From contig OX597831.1 in NCBI GenBank assembly GCA_951406725.2, positions 54,994,001 to 55,058,000 on the forward strand: a stretch of DNA of 64,000 bases, in the 5' to 3' direction. Below are positions 58,745-64,000 of this stretch, piece by piece. The notes beneath the pieces were generated by a model. That model was not told where the DNA came from and ran no database searches. It saw only the letters and a program-made list of their open reading frames with translations. Positions within the stretch are counted from its first letter, which is position 1. Every line of letters begins with the position of its first letter. Source of the DNA: Octopus vulgaris (lineage: Eukaryota). Both the position numbers and the translations under genes were made by a program.

Positions 58745-58973
58745 TTAACCTTTTAGCATTTACATCAGCCATATTCAAGACCAAATATCTTTCCTGTTTT
58801 ATGTTCAGACCAGCTAGATCTGACCTCTCACACCTAGCCTGCCATGTCATTCTAAAAATAAATTATCACATCATTGAAATTTCAAAGCTATGAGATAATG
58901 CATGATTAATTCAAAACAAGGTGAACAAGTAAGCATTACATTTGACAAAGTAGTCTAAATGCCTAAGAGTTAA
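58745..58973. mobile_element. piggyBac-type MITE
   Basis: ttaaccttttagcattt...aatgcctaagagttaa; reverse orientation of 18385-18611. Confidence 0.6.
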
Positions 58974-59339
58974 ATTAATGAAGCTGTCTAATTAAAGAAA
59001 GAAAAATGCAAATTCAAGTGGTTTTATTTTGAGTTAAAATGGAATGCAAAGAAGCAGAAACTGCTTACTGCATCCACAAAGCATTTGGCCAAGAAACCCT
59101 TAAAAAAACATAGGTGGAGGGCAAATTAGTAACCTGTTTGAAATCATCTCATAATAATTTTGTACTTTTGTGTCATCTTTAGGAGTAAAAATTGGTCAGT
59201 ATATTTGGTGTTGCTGAAGTTGAGAGAGTTTGGAATATAGTCAGGTGATAGGTACTCTTTTTTTCAAGAAATTTTTCCTCAACTTTGACCCAATCATAAT
59301 TGAGGTTGCTAATAAAATATCTGAATAATTTTTGGTGTT

Positions 59340-60620
59340 TATGTTGTGGTGAGAGTATGACACCCTCTGACGAGAATAGACAGGATCACAACATATAAGT
59401 AGTAATGGTCTGATGTAGTCGGCAGTTGGTAGTTAGGCCTTCAAAGTCCAGGTCCATAGTCGGCCAACAGATGTAGCTCTTCATCAGAGCTTTCTTCCTT
59501 GACATTCCTAGGTGTCCGCTGTGGAATTGCTGCAATACACGTTTTTCTAATGTAGTCAGTACTACAACTCTCTGTGCATACATCAGAATATCATCACAAA
59601 TTGAGAAACTACTCAAATTCATATTTTTATTCTGCATATTTTTTGAAGCTTCTTTCATTTTTGTAATATACTCATCTTTTGTAATATACGCCTACAGATT
59701 TCATTCTTATATCCTGTGCAATCACTGGCAGTTCTTGGATAACATTAGTCATAATACTTTTTATTTCATTTTCTGTCTGCAGTGCGGCTATCATGGTATC
59801 TTCTAGTGGTTCTGTATTTTGGGGAATTAGTTTCAATAGAGAGTCTTCATGACCAATTGTTTTCTATGGAATATACTGCATTTTGAAATTGTAATTTAGT
59901 AATATTATACCCCAACATTGTAGTTGGTTTACTGCATGGGTAGGTAACCCTTTCTTTGACCCATAAATTGATAGCAATGGTCGATGATCTGTTTGTAACA
60001 GAAAACTTCTACCAAGTAGAAACCTGTGAAATTTTTTTACAGCAAAGTTAATCGATAGGGATTCTTTTTCTATCTGACTGTATTTTTTCTTTGCCACTAT
60101 CAGTGAGCACGAAATATGAATCACTGGTTTCATACTTCCATCTTTATACTTGTGTAGCAAAACTGCTCCTATTCCATACCCTGAAACATCAGACACCACA
60201 ACAATGTCCATTTCAAAATCAAAATGTGCTAGAGACAAATTTTTCATTTCTTCAAACATATTTTGGCATTTAACCGCACAATTCCACTCTACTTCCTTTT
60301 TAATAAGTCATTCAATGGAGCTCTTAATTTGTGCATGTTAGGAATGGTGTTTGGGTAGTAGCTTGCCAGTCCAAGAAATGCTTGTAATGTTGGTATATCT
60401 GTCAGAGCAGGTATATTCTTTATTATGTCTGCCTTTGACGGGTCAGTTATAGGAGAATTCATACTTGACCAGAGCTACCTTGCACAGTAATAGCTTCATT
60501 TTCTCCTTGTTGTGGCAAGAGTACAACACCCTCTGACGAGAACAGATGCAATCACTACATATGAATAGTAACGGTCTGATGTAGTTGGCAGTTCATAGTT
60601 TGGTCTTCAAAGTCCAGGTA
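59340..60620 (-). pseudogene. Ty3/gypsy pol remnant (RNase H and integrase zinc-binding region)
   Basis: SDVSGYGIGAVLLH, YSQIEKESL, TDHRPL; VLQQFHSGHLGMSRKKALMKSYICWP; ~59340-59452 is duplicated at ~60508-60618. Confidence 0.85.
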
Positions 60621-61499
60621 CAGTTTACAGTTCGAGTTAGTGTGTTGGAAATATTGATTGTTGGTTCGTTACATGTTTGTTACTGCTGCTGTTTCTATTT
60701 TGTATTGTTATAACACTGTTACAGTGTATTTTTTTTTTATCAATCATCAACAATATCAACCATACTACAATATTGGAGGCGTAACGATATAACAGCTTAA
60801 CAATCAATATTTTTTTCTCTGTTGGATTCCATGTCAATATTTTCTCACACCAATGTTTAATTTGATAATTTTCAGAATTCAAAAATTGATCTCCAAAATG
60901 GGATAAAACAAGTCATGACTAATTTCAACAATTTCTTCTCTTTAACTGCACGGTGTGCAAATATATCAGGAAGAGAACTACTCTAGCAGATCTTGAAGAA
61001 GCTATAGAGAATATTTTATGTTGAGTTTTTTGATTTAGTTGAATTTTATTAATTTCATATCATGTGCCATTTTTTCATGATCCTCTTTCATTTGACCTAG
61101 ATATTTAAAATTTTTGTTACATTTCTGATCTTTCTAATGTCTAAGGATGGATACTGATGAGTAGCAGAACTGAAAAGGAAAATTTACCTATCTTGGCTAA
61201 CTCATTCTGCCCCAGCTAAATTTGTCTTTTATATGATCAAAGAGAATGGTGATAATTTTCTGAAATAGCGTTCTGAATATGTTATAGTGTTTTTAATGCA
61301 TTTAGGGAAAGTGATTTGCTTAGCTGATATAGTTTTTGTAAGGTAGTGAACATTTGTAAAAAATATATTTTCTTCCAAGTCAAAAATCCAATAAAAAAAT
61401 CCTCATTGAGCACCCACCCACCCAACAGTTCAATATAATAAGTTCTAAAACTTTCATAGTAGAAACAAGAGTCTAAAAGACGAAGCAAGTCACAGACAA

Positions 61500-61770
61500 C
61501 TTTCTGAGATTGACAATGAATAAATGCAGGTCATTACTGAAGCAGACCTATGCAAAAGACCTCAAGAGGTTGCAGAAGTAAATAGCAACTCAACATTTTA
61601 CACTGTACTGGCAAGCAACAGGTAAAAAAAAAGACAAAGGGGTTTGTATGAGCTGAATAAAAATTTTAAAAAAACATAACAAAGTCTGCTCTGCATCTCA
61701 TTTGCACAACAAAACAATCTGTTTCTAGATAGCATTATGACATGCAAAAAAACTGGATTCTATGTAACTT
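61500..61770 (+). pseudogene. mariner transposase remnant
   Basis: Decayed ITEADLCKRPQEVAE...YELNKN...LFLDSIMTC..WILCN, resembling the WVPHEL and FLDRIVTCDEKWILY motifs. Confidence 0.6.
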
Positions 61771-62924
61771 TGTATAGAATCAATGGCATTTGAATAGTAT
61801 GCAAACAGTTGTTCAAAAGACTTTCCACTGCAAACAGTTGCTCAAAAAAACCAAAAACTCAACTGATTGAAATAACCATAGCTCAAATCAATATTTTATC
61901 AAATTTATAGCAAATATTAAAATACTAAAAGAAGGTTATATTGTTATAGTTTATTAAAATATTTTTTATTAATATACAAAAACTAATGCATTTTGTATGT
62001 GTGCATGTAATATTTATAGTTTTTAGATTGTAAACATAAATATGAGACATGTACACATAGATATATCTATATGTGAAGTTGCTGACAATGAAAGAATTAT
62101 ATATAGTATAACATTTGCATAGAAAAATGTATTGTCATAATATTGGGCCCTAAAATCAGTGGGAGCAATAAAAACAATTATTGTTTACAATATATATATA
62201 TATATATATATATCAACAATGACTTTATTTGAAATTATATCTAGTTAGCCTCCATTAACCTGCCTGACACTGGCCCTGATTCTATGATCCTAGCTTCCTG
62301 CTTTAAACTGATTTAAATTAAAACCTATCAACATTTCATGTTAGTTAATGGCTTATAGAAACGTTTGATATACTTAATAATATATTAAACGAAATACCAC
62401 ATACCTACAAGTCATTAATATTTATGCACCAGCTTCCAGGAATGCGTGGGTGTTTAAGCAATGTGTTTAAGGATGATTAATGGGTTAGATGGGTGCAGAT
62501 GAAGGGGCAAAACCCCCTAAAATATGGCATATATACCCATTACCTATTTTTCATCTTTGATCTCATTGTTTGTTTACATCTGAGATTTCGTATATGAAAC
62601 GTAGCAACAAAAATCAGTGCTGGTTATGATTTCTATAGAATATCTGTAGAGGTAACCTTAACAAAATCATGTTAATTATGTTTAGAAAAGTCAGCTTAAA
62701 AATAACAGTTATTTTATTAAATTCTCTATTATTTTCTAAATGAAGTGAAATAAAGGCCTTGTAATTCAACAGAAATAATCCTTTCTTTTATACTATAGGC
62801 ATAAACCCCGAAATCTTGTAGTACTGGTACTTTATTTTATTGAGTCCAAAAATATGAAAGGCGAAGTCATCCCTAGTGAAATTTGAACTCAGAACATAAA
62901 GACTGGCAAAAAAACTGAACAATT

Positions 62925-63149
62925 TATTCTTTTACTCTTGCACTTGTTTCAGTTGTTTGACTGTGGCCATGCTGGAGCACTGCCTTTAGTCGAACAAATT
63001 GACCCTAGAACTATTCTTTGTAAGCCTAGTACTTATTCTATCAGTCTCTATTGCTGAACTGCTAAGTTACGGGGACATAAACACACCAACACTGGTTGTC
63101 AAGAAATGGTGGGGGTACAAACACAGACACACAAATTCATACTTATATT

Positions 63150-63206
<57 letters not shown>

Positions 63207-63718
63207 AGCTTCTTTCGGTTCCCATATGCTAAAGCCACTCACAAGGTTTAGTAGAAGGTGCCACAGAGTGGGACTGAACCTGGAACCATGTGGTTGGGAA
63301 GTAAGCTTCTTACCACACAGCTACTCCTTATTCTTTTACTTGTTCCAGTCATTTGACTGCAGCCATGCTGGAGCATCACCTTGAAGAGTTTTAGTTGAAC
63401 AAATTGACCCCAGGACTTATTTTTTAAGCCTAGTACTTATTTTATCAGCCTTTTTTGCTTAACTGCTAAGTTACGGGGATGTAAACATACTAACACCAGT
63501 TGTCAAGCAGTGATGGGAAGGGGGGACATGCACACACACACATACACATACACATATATACAACGGTCTTCTTTCAGTTTCTGTCTATCAAATCCACTCA
63601 CAAGGACTTGGTCAGCCTGAAGCTATAGTGGAAGACACTTGCCTAAGGTGCTACACAGTGGGACTGAACCCAGACCCACATGGTTAGGAAGGAAGCTTCT
63701 TACAGCCATGTTTGCACC
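62925..63718 (-). mobile_element. Two tandem SINE family A copies (~62925-63327 and ~63328-63718)
   Basis: Reverse-complement matches to 17452-17870. Confidence 0.8.
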
Positions 63719-64000
63719 TTGATCAATTTTTCAATCATTATTGGGGTCTTATCAGTGTCTATACCACTTGACCAACCCCAATTCTACAGAGATAATAGTA
63801 ACAAAAAGAGTTAAAGTGAATATGTAAAGAACTCCTTCCAACAATAAATATATAACAGTTCTGCTTATAACAATCTTTTTTTTTAATCTTTCATAGTTCA
63901 CAATAGTTTCATTTTCTCCATTTCTAAATTTCTTGATTGCTTTTATTAACTCCCATCATCTCCACCTAATTTTGGGATAGAACACCAATAACAAAATTAT

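Noticed and set aside
59340-60620. Direct repeats at ~59340-59452 and ~60508-60618 as the LTRs of the gypsy remnant
   Set aside because: The repeat overlaps the integrase-region reading frame and has no clear TG...CA ends or TSD; more likely an internal rearrangement.
61153-61180. CUGAUGA...GAAA motif
   Set aside because: Stem II has only 2 bp, with no cleavage triplet or stem I.

Overview
AT-rich eukaryotic genomic DNA dominated by repeats. The SINE/LINE content and (TA)n load suggest an octopus, but that is an inference. Only two host coding exons are supportable, both on the minus strand: the first coding exon of a sulfide:quinone oxidoreductase-like gene (35055-34858, so 1-34857 is probably a very long intron) and a ~360-codon terminal exon of an unidentified gene (58418-57332). 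The rest is mobile DNA: two near-identical young CR1/L2-group LINE copies inside kilobase (TA)n arrays, many tRNA-derived SINEs (the main family shares its 3' tail with that LINE), RTE-derived short elements, DD37D (maT) and mariner remnants and MITEs, Helitron pieces including a Pif1 helicase pseudogene, a Ty3/gypsy pol remnant and a solo LTR. The most striking signal is about 10 minimal type-I hammerhead ribozyme motifs in short non-coding elements, most of them next to (TA)n. One is a 528-bp palindromic element made of two head-to-head 'tRNA promoter + hammerhead' units, with a Penelope-like asymmetric tail and a 14-bp TSD (56501-57028). A subfamily shares a non-canonical A6U core. All YIYI-type ORFs in the track are microsatellite artefacts. 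Coordinates were read by eye, so repeat boundaries are approximate.
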